Translations under genes and position numbers: made by a program
Origin: an uncultured Candidatus Rokubacteria bacterium
GTDB taxonomy: Bacteria > Methylomirabilota > Methylomirabilia > Rokubacteriales > DASRDR01
Reading direction: 5' to 3'
NCBI GenBank assembly: GCA_963708025.1
Contig: CAVPSB010000031.1
Coordinates: 192,001-256,000, forward strand
DNA length: 64,000 bases
Notes under the pieces: generated by a model
What the model saw: only the letters and a program-made list of their open reading frames with translations
What the model was told of the DNA's origin: nothing
Database searches by the model: none
In this document: positions 48,120 to 60,775 of the stretch, piece by piece
Layout: each line of letters opens with the position of its first letter
Position numbering within the stretch: position 1 is the stretch's first letter

Positions 48120-48187
48120 GGTTCTATAGTTCATCGGCGGCGTGTTCCGATGAACGTCGCCGTCCCTTCACCACCGAGGAGGCCCCC

Positions 48188-48964
48188 ATGTGCTTCGATG
48201 CCGACTCCCGACCGCCGATCCCGCCCATCGCCGGCGGGGCCACCGACGCCCGCGCCCTGGTCCTCACCTCGTCCGACGGCACGCGCTTCGGCGCCTACGC
48301 CGCCCGCGCCGCGCGGCCGACGGGCGCCGGGATGATCGTCCTGCCCGATGTGCGGGGGCTGCACGCGTACTACACGGAGCTGGCCGAGCGCTTCGCGGAG
48401 GCCGGCGTGAACGCGGTGGCCATCGACTACTTCGGCCGGACGGCCGGTGTCGGCGGCCCCGCCGAGCGCGGAGAGGGCTTCGACTTCCTGGCCCAGGTGC
48501 CCCAGACCAAGCCGGAGACCATCCAGGCCGACATCGCGGCGGCGGCGGCCTTCTTGCGCTCCGGGGAGGGCGGGGCGGTCCGGGCGCTGTTCTCGGTCGG
48601 CTTCTGTTTCGGGGGAGGGATCTCGCTCCTCCAGGCCGCGAGCGACCTCGGGTACGCCGGCGTGATCGGCTTCTACGGCTGGCCGCTCGGCCTGGCCCGC
48701 TGGCCCGACCGGCCGCGGCCGATCGACGCGGTCTCCCGGTACCGCTGCCCGGTGCTGGCGCTCTACGGCGGAGGCGACCCGGGCATCCCGCCGAGCGCGA
48801 TCCAGGAGTTCGGCCAGGCGCTCGACCGGGCCGGGGTGGCCCACGAGTCGGTCACCTACGACGGGGCGCCGCACAGCTTCTTCGACCGCCGGCAGACGGA
48901 GTTCGCGGATGCGTCGGCGGACGCCTGGCGTCGCGTCCGGGAGTTCGTCGCCGCCCACCGCTGA
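48188..48964 (+). CDS. Dienelactone hydrolase family protein
   Basis: LPDVRGL, VGFCFGG, YDGAPHSFF. GAGGAGG RBS. Confidence 0.92.
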   Translation: MCFDADSRPPIPPIAGGATDARALVLTSSDGTRFGAYAARAARPTGAGMIVLPDVRGLHAYYTELAERFAEAGVNAVAIDYFGRTAGVGGPAERGEGFDFLAQVPQTKPETIQADIAAAAAFLRSGEGGAVRALFSVGFCFGGGISLLQAASDLGYAGVIGFYGWPLGLARWPDRPRPIDAVSRYRCPVLALYGGGDPGIPPSAIQEFGQALDRAGVAHESVTYDGAPHSFFDRRQTEFADASADAWRRVREFVAAHR

Positions 48965-48968
48965 GTCT

Positions 48969-49029
48969 TTCGGGGGGGTCTCGAACCCGCCCGATGCCCC
49001 CGTCGTGGCGGCGGCGAAGCCGCCGCTCG
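48969..49029 (-). repeat. REP-like repeat family B, right copy (inverted)
   Basis: Reverse complement reads CGAGCGGCGGCTTCGCCGC...GGGGGCATCGGGCGGGTTCGAGACCCCCCCGAA. Confidence 0.7.
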
Positions 49030-49083
49030 GAGGCTCCTCCTGTTCGTGCGCCGGCGGGCACCAGATACTTCGGCGGGCGTCGA

Positions 49084-50320
49084 TCAGAAGCTCCACTCCA
49101 GGCCGAAGGTCGGGGTGAGGTTGTCCCGGACGCCCGTGTCGTTGAGCGGGATCAGGACGTTCACGAAGAGCAGGACCGTGCTGATGGGATTGACCTTGAT
49201 CCCGAACGACCCGGTGACGGTGTCCGGGCCGGCTGGCCGCCCAGCCCGGTGCTCGTGACTCTCGGTCGGCCGACACTGGTGATGGCGTGGCGACCGAGGA
49301 TGTCGGCCGACAGCGTGACGCGCTTGAAGAGGGTATAGTCGAGTCCCACCTCGTAGATGAAGTCGTTCGTGATGCCCTGGGTCTCGCCCAGCTGGAACCC
49401 CGCCGTGATGTGCGGCGAGACGCCGAAGAAGGTCCCGGAGGCGATGAGCAGCGGCTTGACCCGCACGATCCCCGTGCCGGTTGGCGGATCGCCGATCGTG
49501 ATGAACGACCCGGTCACCGTTCCGGTGGGAGGCGCATGACCTGGGGGTTGTTGAACTTCTTCCGCTCGCCCTTGTTGCCGGTGGGGAGCGACACGTCGAT
49601 CGCGGCCGCCACGCCGCCGCGCCCACCCATCAGGCTGGTCGAGCTCCAGAAGTTGTACTTCGCGCGGAGGACGAGGTCGCCGATGTCCGTGGTCTCGCCG
49701 GTCTGGGGGACGAGCGACTCGCCCGTGGCCACGGGCGTGTCGCAGGCGCTGAGATCGATGGAGACAATCGACGAAGCCGACGCGCTTCGGGGACTCCTTC
49801 ACCTTGACGTGGACGATCGGGAGCGTCAGCCCGACGTCGACTGGTCGGTGACACCGTAGAGGCCGCCGATCGTGAAGACGTCGGCGTCCACCTCCTCTTT
49901 GAAGCTGAGGAGTTGAGCCGCGACCGCGCTGAAGTCGGACGAGACACCGAGCGCCAAGACGCACGTCGCCATCCCGGAGGCTCTGGCCATCGATGTCGTC
50001 GAAGGTGTGCCGGGTGTAGCTGGCGGTCAGGGTGATGCGTCCCTTGCCGATCGTCTCGGCGCGCTGGGAGAAGATTGGCCCGAAGCCTTCGCCGGTCGGG
50101 CTGAAGACACCGAGCGCGGGGTCGAACTTGTAGGTGAACCCGACCCCTGCCGGCTGTGGAAGGGCCCCGACCTGGTTGGCGAGCGCGCTGAAGATCGCCT
50201 GGCGCAGCGGCGAGACGTCGAAAAGATCGAGCTGAGCGGCGGCTGGCGTGGCCGTGACCACGAGCCCGCCAGGGCTACCAGCAAGGCGTTGACTGCACGG
50301 ACTCCCGACCACCGTCTCAT
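49084..50320 (-). CDS. Putative outer-membrane beta-barrel protein (MetA-pathway/SphA-like; several indels)
   Basis: Signal peptide, GPIFSQRAETIGKG, IGDLVLRAKY, LPTG, terminal TPTFGLEWSF (BAM-type aromatic C-terminus), pieced together from several frames. Confidence 0.65.
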
Positions 50321-50341
50321 GGCTCTCCCTCCCATTGGCTG

Positions 50342-53300
50342 TCAGTTCACTGCCTGGATCACCCAGCCGCTCGCGGTCTTCTTCAGCTTGAAGACGAAGG
50401 GCGCCTCGTTCTGGACCGGGCGGCCCTCCTTCGGCACGAACACGTCCAGCCGCCGGCCCTTGGCCTGGGCCTCGTCGCCGTTCACCTCGATGCTGTCGAT
50501 CTTGAGGTCGACCGTCTGGCTCTTGCTCTGCTCGAACGACGCGCGGACCCGTCGCAGCTCGGCGTCCGACAGGTTCGGACGGACCTGCTGGAAGAGTCCC
50601 ACGTCCTTGTTCTCGATGGCCCGCTTGTACGTGTCGAGGGTGGCCCGGATCTCGTTCCGCGGATCGGCCGCCGGGGGGCGCGGCTGGGTTGTCGGCACCG
50701 CCGCCTTCGCGAAGAGCCCCTGGCCCGTGGAATAGTGGCCCGTGGCCTCCTTGAAGGCGAGCTTCTGGTAGCTGCTGTCGCCCTGCTGCTCGGCGGTGAG
50801 CCCCGCCCTGAACTCGGTGGCGTCGGACCGCGCCTTCTGCTTCTCGGCCTGCATCCGGCCTCGGGCCTGATCCGCCTCGGCCCGGTCCTGGCGCAGTACC
50901 TGCGCCCGGCGGGTCGCCTCGCCGTACCGCTGGGTGGCGTCCTGGTAGGCGGCCGTGGCCTGGGCGACCTGCGGACCCCTCGCGAGCCCGTCGGCCTCGG
51001 CCTCCTTGGTGCGCCCCGCCTCGAACACGTCCCTCACGAGCTTGTCGGCCTCACCCTTGAGCGCCTGGTCGCGTCCCGCGATCGCGGCCCCCCGAGCCCG
51101 GTCCAGATCCTGCTTGAGGGAAGCCTGCCGGCCCGCCTCCTCCTGCTGCTGTCTCTGGAGGGCGGCCACGCGCTGGCGCTCGGCGTCGGCGGCGGCCTTC
51201 TGGCGCTCGGCCTCCAGGCGCTGGCGCTCGGCGTCGGCGGCGGCCTTCTGGCGCTCGGCCTCCAGGCGCTGGCGCTCGGCGTCGGCGGCGGCCTTCTGAC
51301 GCTCGGCCTCCAGGCGCTGGCGCTCGGCGTCGGCGGCGGCCTTCTGGCGCTCGGCCTCCAGGCGCTGGCGCTCGGCGTCGGCGGCGGCCTTCTGGCGCTC
51401 GGCCTCCAGGCGCTGGCGCTCGGCGTCGGCGGCGGCCTTCTGGCGCTCGGCCTCCAGGCGCTGGCGCTCGGCGTCGGCGGCGGCCTTCTGGCGCTCGGCC
51501 TCCAGGCGCTGGCGCTCGGCGTCGGCGGCAGCCTTCTGGCGCTCGGCGTCGGCGCCCTTCACGGCCTCCTGGCGGGCCCGATCGAACTCCTGCTGCGCTT
51601 CCTTGAACCGCTGGGTCGCGGCGGCGTATTGACCGCGACCGAGCGCGGCCTGCCCGTCGGAGTCCTTCGCGAGGGCATCCTGATAGAGCTTGCCCGCGTA
51701 GCGTCTGGCGTCGGCCTGCTCGGCCTGGGTCCGGGCCTGGGCGGTCACGGTCCGGGACTGCTCGGCCTCGCGCTTTTCAGCCTCGGCGCCCCTCACGGCG
51801 TCCGAGCGGGCCCTCTCGTACTCCTGCTGGGCGTCCTTGAACCGTTGGGTGGCGGCCGTGTACTGGCCCTGCCCGAGCGCCGCCTGGCCTTCGGACTCCT
51901 TGGCGAGCGCGTCCTGGTAGAGCTTGGCGGCGTAGCGCTTGACGTCGGCCTGTTCGGCCTGCGTCCGCGTCTGGGTCATCTGGGTCCGGGCGGCCTCGGC
52001 CTCGCGCTGCCGCTGGGCCTGCAGCTCGGCCTCGCGCTGGGCGGCCTCCGCCCCCTTCATGGCCTCCAGCCGCGCCTTCTCGTACTCGTCGCCGGCCTCC
52101 CGGAAGCGGCGCTGGGCGCCCGGGTAGTCCTGGGCCTTGAGCGCGCTCTGTCCCTCCTTCTCCCTTTCTTGCGCGAGCGCGAAGAGCTTCAGCGCAAAGC
52201 GCTGCGCCCCGGCCTGCTCCGCCTTGCCGCGGGCGTCGGTGGCCTTGGCCGCGAGCTGCTCGGTCGCCTGCAGATCGCGTCGGAGAGCTTCGAACTTCTC
52301 CTGGTCCTCCCGGTTCTTCGCCAGCTGCTTCGCGGCCTCGGCCTCGGCCGTCTTGTAGGCTTGCTCCGCGTCCTTGTAGAGCGCCGTCGCCTTGACGTAG
52401 CCGAGCTGCTTCAGCGCGTCGTCGGCGCTCCTCTCGACCTCGGTGGCCTTGATCCACAGCGGCGCGGCGAGCTTCAACGCCTCGGCCAGCTCGGCCCGGC
52501 GCCGGGCCTGGGCCGCCTGCTCCTGGAACGGCCGCACCTTCGCGAGCTCCGTGAGCTGGTCGATCTGCTTCCGCGCCTCGACGGCGGCCGTCTGGTAGCG
52601 CTGCTGCGCCTCGCCGTACCCGGCCTGCGCCCGGGCGAAGTCCTGCTTGCCCAGCGCCACCTCCGCCTCGCGCTCCTTGTCGAGCGCCACCCGCCACGAC
52701 TCGGAGGCCAGCCGCTCCGCCGCGATCTTCTGCGCGTCCTCGCGCGCCTGCAGCATCGCCTTTCGGAGCTCCTCGGCCTTGACGCGCTCGGGCGGGACCA
52801 CGGGTGGCGTGGACTGGCCGGGCGTCGGAGTCTGAACGGGGGCTGGGGTAGGCTGTGGCAAGTCCGCCTTCTTCTCGGGCTGGGGGGTCGGCGAGGGCCA
52901 CATCGTGTATACCGCGCCGCCGGCGACGGCGAGGACGACGACCGCCGCGATGGCGATCCGGGACGGCCCGAAGCCTCCGCGTCGCTCGGACAAGCTCGTC
53001 GGTGGCGGACGGGATCGCGATCGGGCGCGTAGCCGTCCGCTGGACCGGGGCCGGCCGGGTGGCGGTACCCGTCTTGACGGCGGTTTCCAGGTCCTCGGAG
53101 CTCGGGGTGTCGGGCACCGGCATCCCGGCCTGGCGGGTCCGCTCTCGGAGGTCGTCCCGAAGCCGGAGCGCGGCCGCATCGTCGGGCACCAGCCGGACAG
53201 CCTCTTCGGCCAGCTGAAGGGCCTTCGCCAGCTCGCCGTGAGCCGTGAGCTTCCGGGCGTTGTCCAGGAGCCCGCGGACCCGCTCCCGGGTCTTCCGGGC

Positions 53301-56003
53301 CTCCATCGACCGCTGGGCCTGGGATTCCAGTCGGGGCAGCTCGGGATGGCCCGGGACCAGCGCCCGCACCCGGGCCAGCGCTTCGAGCGCGCGGTCGGCC
53401 CGGCCCTCGCCCATCAGCCGCTGCGCGTCGGCCAGGGCGGCCCGGACCTCCTGCTGCTCGGTGGCCTGGCGGGCCGCCTGCTGGTACGCCTGCTCGGCGG
53501 CGCGGAAGCGGCTCTGGGCATCGACGAACACCGAGCGGCCGAACGAGGCCTCCCCCGCCTGCTCGGCCGCCTCGCCGTCGCCGAACGGGCCGGGGGCGCC
53601 CTGGCGGGCTCCGGCCTCCTCGGCCGCGGCCCGCGCGGCCGCCGCCGCCTGGCGGAGCCGGGTCGCCTCGGCCTGCTCCGCCTTCCGCCGGGCCTCGGCT
53701 TCGGCCGCCAGCCGCGCCTCCCGGGCCGTCTCGTCGTAAAGGCGCCGGGCCTCGTCGTAGAGCTGCTGCGCGGCGACCGGATCATTGCGGCCCAGCGCAC
53801 CCTGGGCGTCCGCTTCCTTGGCCTGGGCGGCCGCCCACTTCGGGGCGGCATAGGTGGATGGCTTCAGCGAGGCCGCCGCCTGTCGGGCCTGACCCACGTC
53901 GCGGCCGGCCTGCTCCGCCCGGGCCCGGACGTTCTGGCGCGCCGCGGCGGCTTGCCGTGCGGCCTCCTGATAGGTCTGCTCCGCGGTGGAGAAGCGGGTG
54001 AGGGCGTCGGCGAAGGCCTGCCGGCCGAGCGCCTCGGTGGCGCTCTTCTCGAGGGCCTCGGCCTTCCCGAAGGTCGCCCCGGCGAGCTGCGGCGCCCCGG
54101 CCTCCTCGGCGGCTCGGCGGGCGGCGAGGACGACCTGCCGGACCCGCTCGGCTTCCGCCTGGCTGGCCTTCCGCTGGGCCTCGGCCTCGGCCGCCACCCG
54201 GGCCTCCTGCGCCGCCTCGTCGTAGAGACGCCGGGCCTCGCCGAACAGCGTCCGGGCCGCGGGGAAATCGCCACGCCCCAGCGCGCTCTGGCCGCCGGCT
54301 TCCTTGGCCTGGGCGGTGGTCCACTTGGCAGCCGCCGACGTGGACGCCTGGACCCGGCTGGCGGCCTGGCGCGCCGCGCCCGCCTCCCGGCTCGCCGCCT
54401 CGGCCTGGGCCCGGGCCGCCTGGAGCGTCTGCGCCTGGTCCTGCGCGCCGGCCGCCGCGCGCTCGTAGGCCTGCCGGGCCTCCTGGAAGCGGGTCGCCGC
54501 CGTGCCGAAGGCGCGCTGGCCGATCGCCCGTTCCCCCTCGGCGGCCTTCGCCTCGGCCTCGTTCCAGATCGCCGCCGCCAGCCGGGCCGCGTCGGCCTCC
54601 TCGGCCGCCCGCCGCGCCGCCTGCATCGGCCCCCGGGCCTGCTCGGCAGCGGCCTGGGCGCGCTGGGCGTTCTCCGCGGCCTGGCGGAGCTGCGTCGCCG
54701 CCGGCGCCGCCGCGGCGGCGGCCGAGAGGCCGGCGAGCTGGTTCAGGAGCTGGAGGCACCGGGCGTGGTCGGACTGTCCCTGCGCCGCCTTCGCCTCGGA
54801 TAGGAGTCGGTCAACCTCGGCCTGGTGCGCGCGGGCCCGCCGCAAGCCTTCCTGGGCCGCCTGGTGATCCGGTCGCTGCTTGAGCGCCTGCTCGTACTCC
54901 CGGATGGCCGCCGCGACGTCGCCCTGGGCCAGGAGCTGGTCCGCCCGGGTCAGGGCCGGGGCCGGCTGCGCCGTCTCCGACTGCTCGACGCGGGCGCGCA
55001 GGGCGGCGATCTGCTCGGTGAGCTGGCGCTCGAGCGCGCGGAGGTCGCCCATCCCGACGCGCTCGTCCAGCACCGGCATCGTCTCGTCATCGAGCGCGCC
55101 GCCGCCGGACGTCTGGAGCTTCCGGTGCAGCTCGCGGAGCTGGTCGATCAGGCCCCGGACGTGGGCGTGCGTCCGCTCGGTCTCGTCGGTGATCTTCCGG
55201 CGAACCTGCTCCAGCTTCGCCCGCATCTGCCCCAGGTCCGGGAAGCGCTGGGCCGGATCCTTGCGCAGGGCCCTCTCGATGGTGGTGGCCAGGTCCGCGG
55301 GGATCGAGGGGTCGACCTGGGCCAGCGCGGGCGGGTCCTCCGACCGGAGCTTCTCGAGCGTCTCCATCGGATCATCGGCATCGAAGGCCGGCCGATAGGT
55401 CAGGAGCTCGTAGAAGACCGCTCCTGCCGAGAACTGGTCCGAGCGCTGGTCCACGCGGCCCCGCGCCTGCTCGGGCGACATGTAGCGGAGGGTGCCCATG
55501 ATCAGGCCGGTTCGCGTGAGCCCGGAGTCGGTGGTGGCGATGCGGGCGATGCCGAAGTCGAGGATCTTCACCTGCCCGTTGCGCAGGACGAAGATGTTCC
55601 CCGGCTTGACGTCGCGGTGGATGATCCCGTTCTGATGGGCGTAGTGGAGCCCGTCGCAGACCTGGACCATCAGGGCCAGCTTGTCCTCGAGCGGGACCTT
55701 GCGGCGCTGGCTGATGAGGAGCTTGAGCTCCTCGCCGTCGAGGAACTCCATGACGATGAAGAGGCGACCCTCGTCCTCGCCCAGGTCGTGGACGACGACG
55801 ACGTTCGGGTGGTTGAGGCGGGCGCAGGCCTGGGCTTCCCGGTAGAATCGGGTCTTCAGCTCGTCGGTGATCTCCGCTTCGCTCGAGATCACCTTGAGCG
55901 CGACGAGCCGATCGAGGATCGGGTCGTGGGCCTTGTAGACGGTGCCCATCCCGCCGCGGCCGATGCGCTCGATGATCCGGTACTTCCCGATCTTCTCGAT
56001 CAT
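50342..56003 (-). CDS. Giant membrane-anchored Hanks-type Ser/Thr kinase with helical repeats and a C-terminal NTF2-like domain (frameshift near 52990)
   Basis: IGRGGMGTVY, VALK, HRDVKPGN, DFGIA, YMSPEQ in ORF 51777..56054. TM segment (IAIAAVVVLAVAGGAVY) and the extracytoplasmic part lie in ORF 50342..53179. Confidence 0.88.
51170..51553 (-). repeat. Coding tandem repeat, 48 nt x ~8 (AERQKAAADAERQRLE)
   Basis: Near-identical 48-nt units; CCTCCAGG recurs every 48 nt from 51211 to 51499. Confidence 0.95.
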
Positions 56004-56276
56004 GGGCCCGCGTCGATCCGGGACCCCGGGACGCGGCGACGGCGCGTTCCACACTGCGCGAAGCCGCGGGGGTCAACTCGGCTATCCGTGACCATGTTCA
56101 CCGGTCCGTCCTGAGACAGCAACAGTTGGGTCATGGCATTCGGCGTGCGGCCGCCGGCCGATGTCCCGTCTGGCCGAGCGATACATGATGCTCGCACTCC
56201 CCGGAGCAGAACCGTGCGCTAATTCTGTCATGCCGGCCGATGGAGAGTCAACGCGTCCGAGCCCGCGCCCGAGCCC

Positions 56277-56305
56277 TTGACAAGGGCTGCCGCGATCCGT
56301 AGAGT
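56277..56305 (+). promoter_or_regulatory. Sigma70-type promoter of the pyr operon
   Basis: TTGACA-N17-TAGAGT just upstream of the PyrR leader. Confidence 0.75.
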
Positions 56306-56317
56306 GACGCTCGATGG

Positions 56318-57124
<807 letters not shown>

Positions 57125-57137
57125 AAGGGGGGACCGC

Positions 57138-58070
57138 ATGGGACTCAAGCGGAAGGACCTCCTGGAGATCCGGACCCTGGACGCGGCCGAGATCCAGACG
57201 ATCCTCGACACGGCGGCGTCCATGAAGGAGATCGCCAGCCGCGAGATCAAGAAGGTTCCGGCCCTCCGCGGGAAGACCGTGGTCAACCTGTTCCTCGAGC
57301 CCTCGACCCGGACGCGGACCTCGTTCGAGATCGCCGGCAAGTGGCTGTCCGCCGACGTCATCAACGTCTCGGGCTCCTCCTCGAGCGTCGTCAAGGGCGA
57401 GACGCTCATCGACACCGCGAAGAATCTCGAGGCGATGAGCCCCGACTGCGTCGTGATCCGCCACTCGGCCTCCGGCGCGCCCCACATGCTGGCCCGGGCG
57501 CTCCGCTGCTCGATCATCAACGCCGGGGACGGCATGCACGAACATCCGACCCAGGCGCTCCTGGACCTCCTGACGATCCGGGAGAAGCGCGGGCACCTCG
57601 ACGGGCTGTCGGTGGCCATCGTGGGGGACATCGCCCACAGCCGGGTGGCGCGCTCGAACATCGCCGGAATGCGGAAGATGGGGATGAGCGTGACGGTCGC
57701 CGGGCCGCCGACCCTGATCCCGACGGGCGTCGAGGAGCTGGGGGTGAAGGTCGCCTACCGGCTGGAGGACGCAATCCGGGACGTGGACGTCATCATGATG
57801 CTCCGTCTCCAGCAGGAGCGGATGACCGCCAACTACATCCCGTCGCTCCGCGAGTATTCCCGCCTGTACGGGCTCTCGCTCGACAAGCTCCGGGGAGCCC
57901 GCGACGACGTGCTGATCATGCACCCGGGCCCCGTCCACCGGGGCATCGAGATGGCGCCCGAGGTCGCCGACGGCCCCTACTCGGTGATCCTGGAGCAGGT
58001 GTCGAACGGCGTCGCGGTGCGCATGGCGCTCTTGTTCCTGCTGCTCGGCGGCAAGCCGGCCGAAGGGTAG
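57138..58070 (+). CDS. pyrB: Aspartate carbamoyltransferase catalytic subunit
   Basis: [37 protein letters not shown]. Confidence 0.97.
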   Translation: MGLKRKDLLEIRTLDAAEIQTILDTAASMKEIASREIKKVPALRGKTVVNLFLEPSTRTRTSFEIAGKWLSADVINVSGSSSSVVKGETLIDTAKNLEAMSPDCVVIRHSASGAPHMLARALRCSIINAGDGMHEHPTQALLDLLTIREKRGHLDGLSVAIVGDIAHSRVARSNIAGMRKMGMSVTVAGPPTLIPTGVEELGVKVAYRLEDAIRDVDVIMMLRLQQERMTANYIPSLREYSRLYGLSLDKLRGARDDVLIMHPGPVHRGIEMAPEVADGPYSVILEQVSNGVAVRMALLFLLLGGKPAEG

Positions 58071-58111
58071 CGGGCGGGGCCGATGAGCGTCGCATCGCGT
58101 CGTCCTCGGTC

Positions 58112-58156
58112 GTCGCCGATCCTCGGCGTACTAGGAGTACGCCTCCGGTCGGCGAC
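58112..58156. repeat. Palindromic REP-like hairpin (CGTAC..GTACG type) between pyrB and pyrC
   Basis: GTCGCCGATC-CTC-GGCGTACT-AGG-AGTACGCC-TCC-GGTCGGCGAC. A GGCCTTCGGCCTGTGG module follows at about 58250. Confidence 0.65.
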
Positions 58157-58333
58157 TCCCTGCGTCCTAGCGCTGCTCGCTCCTCGACCCCGCCCCCGAG
58201 CGCTTGACTCATCTGCCATGACTTTGACACACGGGTCTGCCTTGGTCGGCGGCCTTCGGCCTGTGGGGGCTGCTCGGGTCTCGGCCCGGCGCGAAGGCCA
58301 TGTCCAACGCGTAGAGCAGTGGAGCGTGATGCG

Positions 58334-59638
58334 ATGAATCTGCTGGTCAGGAATGGTCGAGTGATCGATCCAGCCAACGGGCTCGACGGCCCCGCCGATG
58401 TCCTGATCCGGGACGGCGCGGTCGAGCGCGTCGGGCCGAAGCTGGTCGCCCCCCCAGGGACGCCGACGATCGACGCGGCAGGGCGCGTGGTCGCGCCGGG
58501 GTTCATCGACATCCACGTCCATCTGCGCGAGCCCGGCTACGAGTACAAGGAGACGATCGCTACCGGAACGCGGGCGGCGGCGGCCGGTGGCTTCACCGCC
58601 GTGGCCTGCATGGCGAACACGAGCCCGGTCAACGACACGCGGGCCGTCACCGACTACATCGTCGCCCAGGCGCGCGCGGCGGGGGTGGTGCGCGTGTACC
58701 CGATCGGCGCCGTGACGCGGGGTCTCCGGGGAGCGGAGCTGGCCGAACTGGGCGAGCTGGCCGAGGCGGGCTGTGTGGCCTACTCCGACGACGGCCGTCC
58801 GGTCATGAACGCCGCCCTCCTCAGACGCGCCCTCGAGTACGCCCAGGCGTTCGGGAAGCCGATCATCTCCCACGCCGAGGACGCCCATCTCTCCGAGGGC
58901 GGCGTGATGCACGAGGGCTTCGTCTCGACGGACCTCGGGCTCCGTGGCGCCCCGTCGGCCGCCGAGGAGATCATGGTGGCGCGCGACATCGCGCTGGCCG
59001 AGCTGACCGGGCAGCGGGTCCACATCGCCCATGTTTCGACCGCCGGGGCGGTCCGGCTGATCCGGGAGGCCAAGGCGCGCGGGGTCCCGGTGACCGGCGA
59101 GGTGACGCCGCATCATCTCCTCCTGACCGACGAGGCCATGCGGAGCTACGACCCGAACGCGAAGATGGCGCCGCCGCTCAGGGGCAAGCGGGACGTGGAG
59201 GCCTGCCGGGAGGCGCTGGCGGACGGGACGCTGGATGCCATCGCGACGGACCACGCGCCCCACGCGCTCGCCGATAAGGAGGTCGAGCTGGACCACGCGG
59301 CCAACGGGATCGTCGGCCTCGAGACCGCGATCCCGCTCTGCCTGACGTACCTCGTGCGGGAGCGGGTCCTCGACCTGCCGGCCCTCGTTGCCCGGCTGAC
59401 AGCCGGGCCCGCCCGGGTCCTGGACCTGCCCGGCGGGACGCTCACGCCCGGGACGCCCGGCGACGTGACGATCCTCGACCTCGAGCGGGAACAGACGATC
59501 GATCCCGCCCGTTTCCACTCCAGGGGGCGCAACAGTCCGTTCGGCGGGTGGCGGTGCACCGGCGCCGCCTGGATGACGATCGTCGGCGGCCGGGTGGTGA
59601 TGCGGGAGGGCGTGCTGGAGGGAGTGGCCGAGCGATGA
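58334..59638 (+). CDS. pyrC: Dihydroorotase
   Basis: [35 protein letters not shown]; located in the pyr operon. Confidence 0.96.
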   Translation: MNLLVRNGRVIDPANGLDGPADVLIRDGAVERVGPKLVAPPGTPTIDAAGRVVAPGFIDIHVHLREPGYEYKETIATGTRAAAAGGFTAVACMANTSPVNDTRAVTDYIVAQARAAGVVRVYPIGAVTRGLRGAELAELGELAEAGCVAYSDDGRPVMNAALLRRALEYAQAFGKPIISHAEDAHLSEGGVMHEGFVSTDLGLRGAPSAAEEIMVARDIALAELTGQRVHIAHVSTAGAVRLIREAKARGVPVTGEVTPHHLLLTDEAMRSYDPNAKMAPPLRGKRDVEACREALADGTLDAIATDHAPHALADKEVELDHAANGIVGLETAIPLCLTYLVRERVLDLPALVARLTAGPARVLDLPGGTLTPGTPGDVTILDLEREQTIDPARFHSRGRNSPFGGWRCTGAAWMTIVGGRVVMREGVLEGVAER

Positions 59639-60771
59639 GCGGAGAAGCCCGGGCCGTGCTCGCCCTGGCCGACGGCCGGGTCTTCGAGGGCGAAGCGCTC
59701 GGGGCCCATGGGGAGGCGATCGGCGAGGTGGTCTTCAACACGGCGATGACCGGGTACCAGGAGGTCCTGACCGACCCCTCGTACAAGGGTCAGCTCGTCT
59801 GCATGACGGCGCCGCACATCGGGAACACCGGGGTCAATCCCGAGGACGTCGAGTCCGACCGGCCCTGGGTGGAGGGCTTCATCGTCCGCGAGGCCTCGCC
59901 AGTCGCCTCGTCGTGGCGGGCGACCGCGACGCTCGGCAGCTACCTGGCCGCCCACGGCATCGTGGGCATCCACGGCATCGACACCCGGGCCCTCACGCGG
60001 CACATCCGGGACCACGGCGCCCAGGAGGGCGTCATCTCGACGCGGGACCTGGACGCGCGGAGCCTGGTGGCGAAGGCCCAGGCCTCGCCCGGGCTCATCG
60101 GTCGCGACCTGGTGAAGGAGGTCACGTCCCCGGACCCTTACGCGTGGACCGAGTCGGTCTGGCGCCACGGGCAGGGCTACGGAGCGGGCGCCGAGGCCCG
60201 CTATCACGTCGTGGCGTACGACTCCGGGGTGAAGCGCAATATCCTGCGCGAGCTGGTCGCCCTCGGCTGCCGGGTCACGGTGCTGCCGGCCTTCGCGACC
60301 GCCGAGGACGCCCTCGCCCGCGAGCCGGATGGGATCTTCCTCGCCAATGGTCCCGGCGATCCGGAAGGGGTCCCGTACCTGGCCGAGGCGGTGCGCCGCC
60401 TCCTCGGCCGGGTGCCGGTCTTCGGGATCTGCCTGGGGCACCAGATCCTGGCCCTGGCGCTGGGGGCCCGGACGTACAAGCTGCCGTTCGGCCACCACGG
60501 CGCCAACCACCCGGTGAAGGATCTGGTGTCGGGGCGGGTCGAGATCACCTCCCAGAACCACGGCTTCGCGGTGGACCTCGACTCCTGCGCCGCCCGGGGG
60601 CTGGAGCCCACCCACGTGAACCTCAACGATGGCACCTGCGAGGGCCTGCGGCACCGGAGCCTCCCGGTCTTCTCCGTGCAGTACCACCCGGAGGCCTCCC
60701 CGGGGCCGCACGACGCGCACTACCTGTTCCGCCGCTTCATCGAGTCCATGGACCAATCGGGAGGCAGGTGA
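59635..60771 (+). CDS. carA: Carbamoyl-phosphate synthase small subunit
   Basis: [45 protein letters not shown]. Confidence 0.97.
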   Translation: MSGEARAVLALADGRVFEGEALGAHGEAIGEVVFNTAMTGYQEVLTDPSYKGQLVCMTAPHIGNTGVNPEDVESDRPWVEGFIVREASPVASSWRATATLGSYLAAHGIVGIHGIDTRALTRHIRDHGAQEGVISTRDLDARSLVAKAQASPGLIGRDLVKEVTSPDPYAWTESVWRHGQGYGAGAEARYHVVAYDSGVKRNILRELVALGCRVTVLPAFATAEDALAREPDGIFLANGPGDPEGVPYLAEAVRRLLGRVPVFGICLGHQILALALGARTYKLPFGHHGANHPVKDLVSGRVEITSQNHGFAVDLDSCAARGLEPTHVNLNDGTCEGLRHRSLPVFSVQYHPEASPGPHDAHYLFRRFIESMDQSGGR

Positions 60772-60775
60772 GCCG

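Noticed and set aside
51170-51553. Possible CRISPR array
   Set aside because: The units are contiguous with no unique spacers, are a multiple of 3 inside a CDS, and no cas genes are present.
56133-56149. Sigma54-like TGGCA-N-GC motif
   Set aside because: The -12 element is weak, and a better sigma70 promoter explains pyr transcription.
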